DNA of 64,000 bases from an uncultured Nitrososphaerota archaeon (GTDB lineage Archaea; Thermoproteota; Nitrososphaeria; Conexivisphaerales; DTJL01): positions 1,945 to 65,944 of the forward strand of contig CAVYVS010000026.1 in NCBI GenBank assembly GCA_963772005.1, in the 5' to 3' direction. The notes beneath the pieces are model-generated. The model saw nothing but the letters and a program-made list of their open reading frames with translations. It was not told the DNA's origin and ran no database searches. Below, piece after piece: positions 46,788 to 55,954 of the stretch. The stretch's first letter is position 1, and each line of letters starts with the position of its first letter. The translations under genes were made by a program, and so were the position numbers.

Positions 46788-48044
46788 ATGGCAGGATTTG
46801 AGAACTTGGGATTGGACCCTAGGCTTCTGCGAAGCTTGAGGGACCTGGGGTACACCGAGCCCTTCCCCATACAGGAGAGGGCCGTTCAGCCGATACTGGA
46901 TGGGACAGACGTCATAGGACAGGCCAAAACCGGTTCGGGAAAGACGGCGGCCTTCGGCCTCCCGCTCCTCCAGCTGGTAGATCCGAGGGCGAACCGGGTT
47001 CAGGCATTGATACTCGCCCCCACGAGGGAGCTTGCCGTCCAGATAACCGAGGAGCTCAGAAAGCTGGGCAAGTACATGGGGGTCAGGATAGTTACGGTGT
47101 ATGGAGGGCAATCCATCAACGTGCAGCTTGAGGAGCTGGCCGACGGGGCCGAAATCGTGGTGGGCACTCCCGGAAGGGTCATCGATTTCATCGACCACAA
47201 CGAGCTCAACCTCGGGTCTGTCAAGTACGTCGTCTTGGACGAGGCGGACAGGATGCTCGACATGGGCTTCATCGACGACATCGAATACATCCTGGAGGCC
47301 GCTCCGGGACGCAGGCAGATGAGCCTCTTTTCGGCGACTATGCCCGACGAGATAATCAGGCTCTCGTCCAAGTACATGAGCCAGCCAGAAAAGATACTCG
47401 TTAGCGCCGACGAACCATCCGTCGATGAGCTCGACCAGTACTATACGCTGGTCGAAGACGGAGAGAAGTTGTCGAAGCTGGTCGCCCTCCTGAAGCAGGA
47501 GAACCCCTCCAGCGCCATGGTGTTCTGCAGGACCAAGGCCGGGGCCCACAGGCTGGCAAGGGAGCTCGAGAAGAGGTACTTCAATGCCACGCCACTGCAC
47601 GGCGACCTATCTCAGTATCAGAGGGACAAGTCCATGGACGCCTTCAGGACTGGCAGGGCCGACATACTTGTGGCCACGGACGTCGCCGCGAGGGGGATCG
47701 ACGTGCCCGGAGTGCAGCTGGTGGTAAACTACGACTTCCCCGAAGACCCCCTGCTCTACTTCCATAGGGTCGGGAGGACCGCCAGGGCGGGCGCCGTGGG
47801 GAAGTCCATAGCTCTCATCGGCCCCGACGACTTCACCAGCTTCAGGCTGGCGCAGGAACTCACCAAGGTATCCATAAAGCCCCTCAGCCCGTCCGACGAG
47901 AACCCCTCGTTCATCGGCCGCCCCCGGAAGCAGGCGTACAGGGGTAGAAGCGGAGGGGGGCAACGCCAGGGCGACCGGAGAGGAGGCTACCACCATGACA
48001 GGGGTCGCGGGCGGCCCAGCTATCGGAGAGGCACGCACGAATAG
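46788..48044 (+). CDS. DEAD-box ATP-dependent RNA helicase with Arg/Gly-rich tail
   Basis: Q-motif FPIQ, AKTGSGKTAAF, PTRELA, DEAD, SAT, HRVGRTARAG, C-terminal RGRSGGGQRQGDRRGG. Confidence 0.92.
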   Translation: MAGFENLGLDPRLLRSLRDLGYTEPFPIQERAVQPILDGTDVIGQAKTGSGKTAAFGLPLLQLVDPRANRVQALILAPTRELAVQITEELRKLGKYMGVRIVTVYGGQSINVQLEELADGAEIVVGTPGRVIDFIDHNELNLGSVKYVVLDEADRMLDMGFIDDIEYILEAAPGRRQMSLFSATMPDEIIRLSSKYMSQPEKILVSADEPSVDELDQYYTLVEDGEKLSKLVALLKQENPSSAMVFCRTKAGAHRLARELEKRYFNATPLHGDLSQYQRDKSMDAFRTGRADILVATDVAARGIDVPGVQLVVNYDFPEDPLLYFHRVGRTARAGAVGKSIALIGPDDFTSFRLAQELTKVSIKPLSPSDENPSFIGRPRKQAYRGRSGGGQRQGDRRGGYHHDRGRGRPSYRRGTHE

Positions 48045-48213
48045 CCATCTCGCCTTCAGCTGAACTTTCAAGGGCAGCAACTCCATGGCCATCACTAGAT
48101 GGAGACTTTGGTGGCGGAACAAAAAACCTCTCCGCCCGGTTCGTGGTGATCCACGTCCGTCTAGACCCGAGGAGAGGAGTTCTGGCCCCCTCCCGCATCT
48201 ACGTTAACGTGAT

Positions 48214-48556
48214 CTACTGATCTTGCCCAGCTGGCTCGGCATCTGTCGATGCGGGAGCCTCCGCCGGTTGCGAAGGTGCGTTTTCTGTGGGGGAGACGAT
48301 CTCCGCCGTCGCGTACCTGTTGGAGACGTTGGTGATCTTCACCTTGAGCTTCTGTCCGGTCTTTGCGCCGCTCACGAAGATGATGAATCCCTGGATCTTG
48401 GCTATTCCGTCGCCGCGCCTTGATATCTCCGTGATCTCTACGTCGTATTCCTCGCCAGCCTTCACTGGCTTGGGAGCGAAGTTTCTTGGGCCACCGAAGC
48501 CTCCGCCGAAGCTCCTTCTGGCTCCGTATCCTCCACTGCGTTGTCCGTAACTTCAT
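48214..48556 (-). CDS. TRAM-domain protein with Gly/Arg-rich N-terminus, frame disruption at codon 2
   Basis: EEYDVEITEISRRGDGIAKIQGFIIFVSGAKTGQKLKVKITNVSNRYATAEI. The upstream in-frame SYGQRSGGYGARRSFGGGFGGPRNFAPKP has no start. ATG 48556 comes into frame if one A of the AA run is removed. Confidence 0.78.
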
Positions 48557-48625
48557 GCCTTATGCACTCGTGAGGTAGCGGCCTAAGCTCCCGCTATATT
48601 AACGTATTGGCGTCGTCCAGGAAGG

Positions 48626-49654
48626 TCAGGAATACCCCTTGGCCATTTCGCGTATCATCAAACGCACGTCGTCCCCTAGGGGGTAAAGGATCGGGCACGT
48701 GGCCCCGTTGTCCAAGTACTGTTTGACCTTCTGGCGGCAATCCTCCGGGGTCCCCGAAGCAGTCAGCATGTCCACCATCTTGTCGTCCACGAGCCTCTTC
48801 GCCTTCTCCAGTCCTCCGGGCTTCGCCGGCCACCCGCCGAGGGCGTCCGTGATCTCCTTGACCAGGGCCTCCTTGATTCCGTTGGCCTTGGCGATGTGTG
48901 GCTGCTGCCCAACGTACATTGCGACGAGGTTCCTGGCACTGTCGAGGGCCTTGTCCGCATCCTCTTCCATAGAGCAGACCACCAGCTGAGGTCTATCGAT
49001 GTCCGAGATTCTGCGGTGGGCCTTCTTCGCGCCGATCTTCAGGTGCTCCATGGCCTCCTTGTCATACTTCGGAGAGACTAGGTAGTTGAGGACGACGCCA
49101 TCGGCAACCATTCCGGTGAGCTCCATCATCTGCATGCCCGTGGCGCCGATGTAGATGGGAATCTTACGGACGCTCTTGTCTCCGTAGACGATGTCGAGCT
49201 GTATGTCGTCGACGTTGACCAAGTCTCCGTGAAAGGTGACATTCTTCAGCTTGAAGAGCTCTTTGAGGACGGTAACGTACTCCTTCATGGCGACCAGAGG
49301 CCTATCCCTGTGGATTCCCACCTTAGAAGCAAGAGGGTCCCACCAGGCCCCGATGCCTAGGATGACCCTTCCGGGCGCGAGATCGTACAGGGTGGAGTAG
49401 GTCGAGGCCATGATGCCTACGTTTCGAGTCCAGTTGTTGACCACGCCACTTGCCACCTTTATGTGGTTGGTGACGGCGGCCACCGCGGCCATCGGGACTA
49501 TGGCGTCCCGCACCAGCCTGGATTCGGCGAACCAGACGGCTTCGAAGCCATGCTTCTCGGCATACCGTCCGAAGGACATCTCCTCTCGGATGGAGTGCTT
49601 GTCCTGCATGTACAGCGCGAGCCTGTCTGCCATGGCTGTTATCGCCACAGGCAT
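48626..49654 (-). CDS. Luciferase-like (LLM class) flavin/F420-dependent oxidoreductase
   Basis: GFEAVWFAESRLVRD, VILGIGAWW, IPIYIGATG, GVVLNY, GTPEDC. Mer-like fold pattern, 342 aa. Confidence 0.82.
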   Translation of the reverse strand: MPVAITAMADRLALYMQDKHSIREEMSFGRYAEKHGFEAVWFAESRLVRDAIVPMAAVAAVTNHIKVASGVVNNWTRNVGIMASTYSTLYDLAPGRVILGIGAWWDPLASKVGIHRDRPLVAMKEYVTVLKELFKLKNVTFHGDLVNVDDIQLDIVYGDKSVRKIPIYIGATGMQMMELTGMVADGVVLNYLVSPKYDKEAMEHLKIGAKKAHRRISDIDRPQLVVCSMEEDADKALDSARNLVAMYVGQQPHIAKANGIKEALVKEITDALGGWPAKPGGLEKAKRLVDDKMVDMLTASGTPEDCRQKVKQYLDNGATCPILYPLGDDVRLMIREMAKGYS

Positions 49655-49765
49655 GGCTGATGTGGTATAAGAGCGTCGAGAGGCCGTTGTACAATTTTCA
49701 CGTTATTACGGAAATCTTTTAAGAGTCCGCAGGGTCGACAAGCTCCAGATTCACGGTGTCCAGTG

Positions 49766-50575
49766 ATGCCCAGCGTACTTGAAATCGACAAGGTGGGCGT
49801 ACAGGTGGCCGACAAGAGGGTCGTGCAGGATGTATCACTTACGATTAAGCAAGGAGAGATACACGCCCTGATGGGCCCCAACGGCTCTGGGAAGAGCTCC
49901 CTTTCATATGCCATGATGGGGCATCCCAAGTACAAGATCGTTTCAGGAGACATCAGGCTGGACGGCGTCTCTGTCCTCGCCATGACGCCAACGGAAAGGG
50001 CGAGGCACGGGCTCTTCTTGGCACTCCAGTATCCAGTGGAGGTCTCCGGCGTCACGCTGTTCAACTTCCTCAGGACCTCCTACAGCGCGCTTAAGCAGGG
50101 AGGCAAGGAAGACGTGAAGACCCTGGTCCCCATCCTTCCGTTCAGGAAGCTCCTTCAGCAGAAGCTGGACCTCCTCAAGGTTGACAATGCGTTTACGGCC
50201 CGCTACCTTAACGAAGGCCTGTCCGGTGGTGAGAAGAAGCGGTCAGAAATCCTTCAGATGGCGATAATGGAGCCGAAGATGGCCGTACTGGACGAGATCG
50301 ATTCTGGCCTGGACATAGATGCGGTGAAGATCGTCGCGGAGACCTTGAACCGCCTCATGGGACCGCAGCTGGGCCTCCTCCTCATTACGCATTACATCCG
50401 CATCCTCCAGTTCGTGAAGCCGGAGTTCGTGCACGTAATGGCGGACGGCAGGATCGTGGCCGAAGGCGGCCCGGAGCTTGCGAAGAAGCTCGAAGAGAAG
50501 GGATACGGCTGGCTCACGGAGAAGCCCGAAGCTGGACCAGTGGGGACCGCTGGCGGACCGCAGGCCGCCCCCTGA
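49766..50575 (+). CDS. sufC: Fe-S cluster assembly ATPase SufC
   Basis: GPNGSGKSSL, LNEGLSGGEKKR, AVLDEIDSGLD, ITHY. Confidence 0.93.
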   Translation: MPSVLEIDKVGVQVADKRVVQDVSLTIKQGEIHALMGPNGSGKSSLSYAMMGHPKYKIVSGDIRLDGVSVLAMTPTERARHGLFLALQYPVEVSGVTLFNFLRTSYSALKQGGKEDVKTLVPILPFRKLLQQKLDLLKVDNAFTARYLNEGLSGGEKKRSEILQMAIMEPKMAVLDEIDSGLDIDAVKIVAETLNRLMGPQLGLLLITHYIRILQFVKPEFVHVMADGRIVAEGGPELAKKLEEKGYGWLTEKPEAGPVGTAGGPQAAP

Positions 50576-50656
50576 GCCGCTCGCACGAAGCAACGTAAGC
50601 GTCCGCGGCGGAAGTCGGGAACAGACACAACGTATATCTATGATGATTCGTCTCAA

Positions 50657-52073
50657 GTGCAGGTGTTCGATTTGTCGGTCAAGGATGCCGTAAACGTAGA
50701 CTATAGCAAGTATGACTTCAAAGTCCCTGAGAGCTCGGTGTTCACGACCGACCGGGGGCTGGACAAGGACAAGGTCATCAAGATCTCGAAGTACAAGAAC
50801 GAACCCGAATGGATGACCGAGTTCCGGGTAAGGGCATATGAGACGTTCAAGAAGAAGCCCATCCCGACCTGGGGTGCGGATCTCTCGACCATAGACTTCG
50901 ACAACATAAGGTATTACATCAAGCCGACCGACAAGAACGTCGACAGCTGGGAGGCCCTCCCCGAAGCGATCAAGAGCACCTTTGAAAGGCTGGGAGTGCC
51001 CGAGGCAGAAAGGAAGTTCCTTGCTGGCGTGGGCGCCCAGTACGAATCCGAAGTCGTCTACCACAACATGCGCAAGGACCTCGAGAAGCAAGGGGTGGTG
51101 TTCTCCGACATGGACACGGCCGTCAAGGAGTACCCGGAGATCGTCAAGAAGTACTTCGGGACGGTGATCCCCATCAACGATAACACCTTTTCGGCCCTGA
51201 ACAGCGCCGTGTGGAGCGGAGGGAGTTTCATCTACGTCCCCGAGGGCATCAAGGTCGAGCAGCCTCTCCATGCTTACTTCAGGATAAACGCCGCAAACAT
51301 GGGCCAGTTCGAAAGGACGCTCATAATCGCCGAGCCGTATAGTGACATCCATTACATTGAAGGCTGCACCGCCCCGGTCTACACGTCCGACTCCCTTCAT
51401 GCGGCTGTGGTGGAACTCATCGCTAAGAAGGGGGCCCACATCAGATACACAACGATCCAGAACTGGTCGAAGGACGTCTACAACCTGGTGACCAAGAGGG
51501 CGTTCGCCTACGAGGACGCGAGGGTCGAATGGATAGACGGCAATCTCGGGAGCAAGGTCACGATGAAGTATCCGTCCATCTACCTCCTGGGCAGGGGCGC
51601 CAGGGCCGAGGTCCTGTCTGTGGCCATGGCAGGAAGCGGACAGCACATAGACGCAGGCTCCAAGATCCTTCATCTAGCTCCCGGACACGAGCTCTAGGAT
51701 CACATCCAAGTCTGTCTCCAAGGACGGGGGAAGGACTACCTACCGCGGCCAGCTGCTGGTGGCGAAGGGCGCGACTGGCGTGAAGAGCAGCGTCCGCTGC
51801 GATGCGCTGATACTTGACGAGAAGTCGAAGTCCGACACCTACCCGTACAACATGGTGAGCGAAAGCGACACGGTCCTGACCCATGAAGCCACGGTGGGGA
51901 AGATTGGCGAGGACCAGCTCTTCTACCTGATGAGCAGGGGGCTCACCGAAAACGAAGCCCTCAACGCGGTAGTCATGGGCTTCATGGAGCCCTTCACAAA
52001 GGAGCTGCCAATGATTTACGCCATAGAGCTCAACAGGCTCATCAGCCTAGAAATGACCAACTCCGTCGGCTAG
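50657..52073 (+). CDS. sufB: Fe-S cluster assembly protein SufB, one frame disruption
   Basis: [35 protein letters not shown], then [22 protein letters not shown]...[11 protein letters not shown] in the frame of 51759..52073. Frame switch at 51680..51684 (CCCGG). Confidence 0.9.
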
Positions 52074-52137
52074 GCGGTTACGAAACGGACATTTATCTGA
52101 TAATTCTCATATAGTAGCAGCGAGAGCTGAGAATCCT

Positions 52138-53358
52138 ATGTCAGAGACCCTCCTGAACCGGGTCAGGGAACTCTCCAAGGAGCTGAAGGAGCCCGAAGCC
52201 ACTACGGCAGCGCGCCAGAGCAGCTCCACTATGTTCGAGTCCCTACCCTATGAAAGGAACATCCTGTTTGTCAAGAACTTCGAGAAGATCCCCGAAGACC
52301 CTTACCGGTTCGCGCCTCAGGAGGGCGGCTCCCTGCCGGAAGGCGTTAGGTACTCCTTTGCAACACTGGGGTCAAAGAGCTTCCCTGACGTAATCCCGAC
52401 GGGGGTCTCCTTTGTGGACGGAAGGAAGGAAGGCCTTCCGCTGCTCTCCCTTCCACTACCACAGGACGAGGACAAGATCTTCTACCTGAATTCCGCCTTT
52501 AGGGACTCCCTGAACATAATCTCGGTCGCTCCGGGCGAATCGGTGAAGGATCCGATCGTGCGCCTGACCGTGTCTCCGCCCGGCATGTCGGGGACCTTCC
52601 GCCATTCTCAAATGGAGTTCGGCGAAGGTTCCACCTCCATTTTCTTCGACAGGATTGCCGATTCGTCCAGCTCCGGATCGGACCCGGCCCTCCTGAGCGA
52701 CCTCATCGACGTCCACATGAAGGCCAATTCGACCCTGACGTTCGTCACCCTATCCACGGGAAGGCGCGAAAGGGTCCTCCACAACACGAAGTTTGTCCTC
52801 GACAACGGCGCCCGGCTGACCTACGTGACTTGGTACGCCGCCTCGCCCTACGTCCGAGTGAGGACGAACGTCGTCCTCAAGGGCGAAGGTAGCGAGGCCG
52901 ACTTGTACTGGGGTGGCTTCCCGAAGGAATCATCCCACTATGACTACATGGCATTCGTCGAGCACCTGGGCCGCTCCACCAGAGGTTTTGCGCTCCAGAG
53001 GGGCCTGGTGAAAGGGCAGTCGAGGATGCTGCTTAAGGGGCTCATGACCATCAGGAACTCTGCCATCAACGCTGACAGCCACCTCAGTCAGCACGCCCTC
53101 CTCCTCACGCGCGACTCGTACGCCAACGCGATCCCTGGGCTGGAGATAGAGACCAACGAGCTGAAGGCCAAACACTCTGCTTCGGTCTCCCAGCCTGACG
53201 AAGATCAGCTCTTCTACCTGATGAGCAGGGGGCTCACCAGGGAGGAGTCCCTCATGGAGATCGCCGGCGGCTATCTGAACCCACTCGCCGTCAACATACC
53301 CGACCAGGCCGCACGGGAAGCCTTCGAAGCCGAGATCGGGAAAGCCCTCAAGGGCTAG
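52138..53358 (+). CDS. sufD: Fe-S cluster assembly protein SufD
   Basis: Beta-helix repeat region, then [27 protein letters not shown]. Confidence 0.85.
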   Translation: MSETLLNRVRELSKELKEPEATTAARQSSSTMFESLPYERNILFVKNFEKIPEDPYRFAPQEGGSLPEGVRYSFATLGSKSFPDVIPTGVSFVDGRKEGLPLLSLPLPQDEDKIFYLNSAFRDSLNIISVAPGESVKDPIVRLTVSPPGMSGTFRHSQMEFGEGSTSIFFDRIADSSSSGSDPALLSDLIDVHMKANSTLTFVTLSTGRRERVLHNTKFVLDNGARLTYVTWYAASPYVRVRTNVVLKGEGSEADLYWGGFPKESSHYDYMAFVEHLGRSTRGFALQRGLVKGQSRMLLKGLMTIRNSAINADSHLSQHALLLTRDSYANAIPGLEIETNELKAKHSASVSQPDEDQLFYLMSRGLTREESLMEIAGGYLNPLAVNIPDQAAREAFEAEIGKALKG

Positions 53359-53468
53359 CGGCTAATGGGGGCTCCGCCGTTGAAGTCTCCCTGCGGCAGT
53401 TAAGATGAGGAGCATTAAAATATCGCCGTCGAGAGTAACCTCCGATTAGCCGTCGGATCGGATGACAA

Positions 53469-54704
53469 ATGGAGACCGAGATTCTCGACGTCGACAGGAT
53501 CAAGGAGGACTTCCCTATATTCTCCCAGCCGCCGAAAGGCAAGCCGCTGATCTATCTTGACAACGCTGCGACTTCGCAGAAGCCGCGCGTGGTGATAAGG
53601 GCTCTGGAGGAGTTCTATTCGAACTACAACTCGAACATCCACAGAGGCGTCTACAAGATCGCCGAGAAGGCCACGGCCGAATATGAGGGTGCCCGTGAGA
53701 AGGTGCGGCGATTCGTTGGAGCGCCCTCGGTGGAAGAGATCGTCTTCACGCGGAACACCACCGAGTCGCTCAACCTGGTGGCCCAGAGCTGGGGAAGGAA
53801 GTTCATCTCGAAGGGGGACAGGATCGTGATAACCCTCCTCGAGCATCACAGCAACATTGTGCCCTGGCAGCAACTCGCGCTGGAGAAGAAGGCCTCCGTC
53901 GAATTCGTCGGAGTGGACAAGGAAGGGAACCTGGACATTGAGGACTTCAAGGAGAAGGCCGTCGGCGCGAAGGTCGTCGCCTTCACTCATGTGTCCAACG
54001 TGCTGGGAAGCCTCAACCCGGTCAAGGAGATGACACGCCTCGCCAAGAAAGAGGGGGCGATGGTGGTGGTGGACGGCGCCCAGGCCGTGCCTCACATGCC
54101 TGTGGACGTCTCCGACATCGGCTGCGACTTCTATGCGTTCTCGGCGCACAAGATGCTGGGCCCCACAGGGGTGGGAGTCCTTTACGGGAGGCGTGAGCGC
54201 CTTGAGGAGACGCCCCCGTTCCTCACTGGAGGAGACATGATCAGCGAGGTCCATCTCTCTGGAGCGGTCTGGAACGAATTGCCATGGAAGTTTGAGGCGG
54301 GCACGTCCAACATAGCCGACGTCATAGCGTTCGGCGCCGCAATCGACTACCTCTCGAAGATCGGGATGCAGGCGGTCAGGCGTCATGAATTGAGCTTGAC
54401 GGCGTCGGCTTTGGAGGCACTCCCGAAGGAGGAAGGAGTGACCGTGTACGGGCCCTCGAGTCCGGAAAGGAGAGGTGGCGTGATTCCCTTCAACGTGAAG
54501 GACATCCACCCTCATGACGTGTCTGCGGTGCTGGACGGCCTCGGCATCGCCGTCAGGTCGGGATACCACTGCGCCCAGCCCCTTCATGAATGGTTCGGGA
54601 TACCCAGCTCGGTCAGGGCAAGTTTCTATATCTATAACAGCGAAGACGACGTAATGGCATTAATGCAGGGCGTGAGGAAGGCGGGGGAGGTGTTCTCTCA
54701 TTGA
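53469..54704 (+). CDS. sufS: Cysteine desulfurase SufS
   Basis: IYLDNAATSQKP, HHSNIVPWQ, SAHKMLGPTGVGVLYG (PLP Lys), RSGYHCAQP (catalytic Cys). Confidence 0.92.
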   Translation: METEILDVDRIKEDFPIFSQPPKGKPLIYLDNAATSQKPRVVIRALEEFYSNYNSNIHRGVYKIAEKATAEYEGAREKVRRFVGAPSVEEIVFTRNTTESLNLVAQSWGRKFISKGDRIVITLLEHHSNIVPWQQLALEKKASVEFVGVDKEGNLDIEDFKEKAVGAKVVAFTHVSNVLGSLNPVKEMTRLAKKEGAMVVVDGAQAVPHMPVDVSDIGCDFYAFSAHKMLGPTGVGVLYGRRERLEETPPFLTGGDMISEVHLSGAVWNELPWKFEAGTSNIADVIAFGAAIDYLSKIGMQAVRRHELSLTASALEALPKEEGVTVYGPSSPERRGGVIPFNVKDIHPHDVSAVLDGLGIAVRSGYHCAQPLHEWFGIPSSVRASFYIYNSEDDVMALMQGVRKAGEVFSH

Positions 54705-55102
54705 GCGACGACATATACAAAGAGATCATCATGGACCACTACAAGAACCCACGCAACTTCGGCAAGATAGAGGGTCCGGACTTCTCCGCCGAGGACAACA
54801 ACCCGCTCTGCGGGGACCATGTCGAAATGGCCGTCAAGGTGACGGATGGGAAGGTGTCAGACGTCAAGTTCATCGGACGGGGCTGCGCCATCAGCATGTC
54901 GGCGGCTTCGATCATAACCGAGCTCATCCAGGGGATGTCGCTGGAGGAGCTGAGGAAGTTCGACAAGGAAGCCCTGCTCGAGGCCATGGGGAACCCCGAT
55001 CTGGGGCCTGTAAGGGTGAAGTGTGCCTTGCTCCCCCTCAAGACACTGAAGCTGGGCCTGTACACCTATTTGTCGAAGTCCGACGGCACCGCGGCCAAAT
55101 AG
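54701..55102 (+). CDS. sufU: SufU/IscU-like Fe-S scaffold / sulfur acceptor
   Basis: TTG 54701 overlaps the sufS TGA (TTGA). HYKNPRNFG, NPLCGD, GRGCAIS, VKCALLP. Confidence 0.88.
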   Translation: MSDDIYKEIIMDHYKNPRNFGKIEGPDFSAEDNNPLCGDHVEMAVKVTDGKVSDVKFIGRGCAISMSAASIITELIQGMSLEELRKFDKEALLEAMGNPDLGPVRVKCALLPLKTLKLGLYTYLSKSDGTAAK

Positions 55103-55110
55103 GCGCGCGG

Positions 55111-55386
55111 CTATTCTCTTATCCCTTCAAGGACAGACACGGCGTTCCACAGGGTCACTCGAGCGAAGGATGGGACGTTGGGGTCCTGGGAGACCTCCTC
55201 CAGAACGCTCATGGCGTTGGCCGCCCTGACTCCGATGGAGACGCGCTTGTCGTGGAGGCCGTCGACTACCTCTTTTGTAACCTTCCGTATGTTGCGCGGA
55301 ATGTTCGTGTTGTTGACCACCAAGTTTATCGTGTTCATGGCTTGGTTGAGCTTCTCCTCGTTTTCAGCTGCCTTCTTGCTACTCAA
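55111..55386 (-). CDS. UPF0147 family archaeal protein
   Basis: NTNIPRNIRKVTKEVVDGL, VRAANAMSVLEEVSQDPNVPSFARVTLWN. Confidence 0.72.
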   Translation of the reverse strand: MSSKKAAENEEKLNQAMNTINLVVNNTNIPRNIRKVTKEVVDGLHDKRVSIGVRAANAMSVLEEVSQDPNVPSFARVTLWNAVSVLEGIRE

Positions 55387-55612
55387 TTCAACAGAACATC
55401 TCCTTGACCACGCTACTCGACATGGTTATGCTGACCAGTTTTAAGCTTATCCATCATACGCTCATCGCAACTGGGCCCTGGGCCAAATGATCCCTACAGT
55501 GGGCTGGGCTTCGATGCGCGTATCTGAGCCGACCCTGGAGAAATCGGGCGCGACTTGGTCGGAAAAAGCCTTATTGCCACCATGATGCCACGATGGCTAG
55601 TCGAGATGATAG

Positions 55613-55948
55613 TTGGCGGACTCTAGGACCACGCAGAAGCTCATGGCGGACATGATGCGACGGGGAGCGACGCTCCTTAGAGAGCCCTGCCCGGAATGCG
55701 GAGGAATCCTCCTCAGGTTCAAGGGGAAGGACGTCTGTCCTTCATGCTCCGGCATCACCTCCATCGAAGAACTCGAAGAGACCTTATCGACCCCGAAGGG
55801 GGCCTCGGGAGGGAGGCCCGAGATCGTCACGAAGGTACTGGACGAGACCTTGACGCAACTTGCCAAGGAGAAGGATCCGGCGAAGCGGATTAAGCTCCTA
55901 GAAGTGGCCAAGCTGAGCGCGGAAGTCCTAAAGCTGTTGAAGGATTGA
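55613..55948 (+). CDS. Zinc-ribbon protein, UPF0148 / autoantigen p27-like
   Basis: MADMMRRGATLLREPCPECGGILLRFKGKDVCPSC followed by a helical tail. Confidence 0.58.
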   Translation: MADSRTTQKLMADMMRRGATLLREPCPECGGILLRFKGKDVCPSCSGITSIEELEETLSTPKGASGGRPEIVTKVLDETLTQLAKEKDPAKRIKLLEVAKLSAEVLKLLKD

Positions 55949-55954
55949 AGTGGC

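Noticed and set aside
55440-55612. A C/D-box sRNA candidate in the spacer before the UPF0148 gene (AUGAUG-like and CUGA strings).
   Set aside because: The box-like strings are in the wrong order and spacing for a C-D'-C'-D arrangement, and there is no terminal stem. They are likely chance matches.
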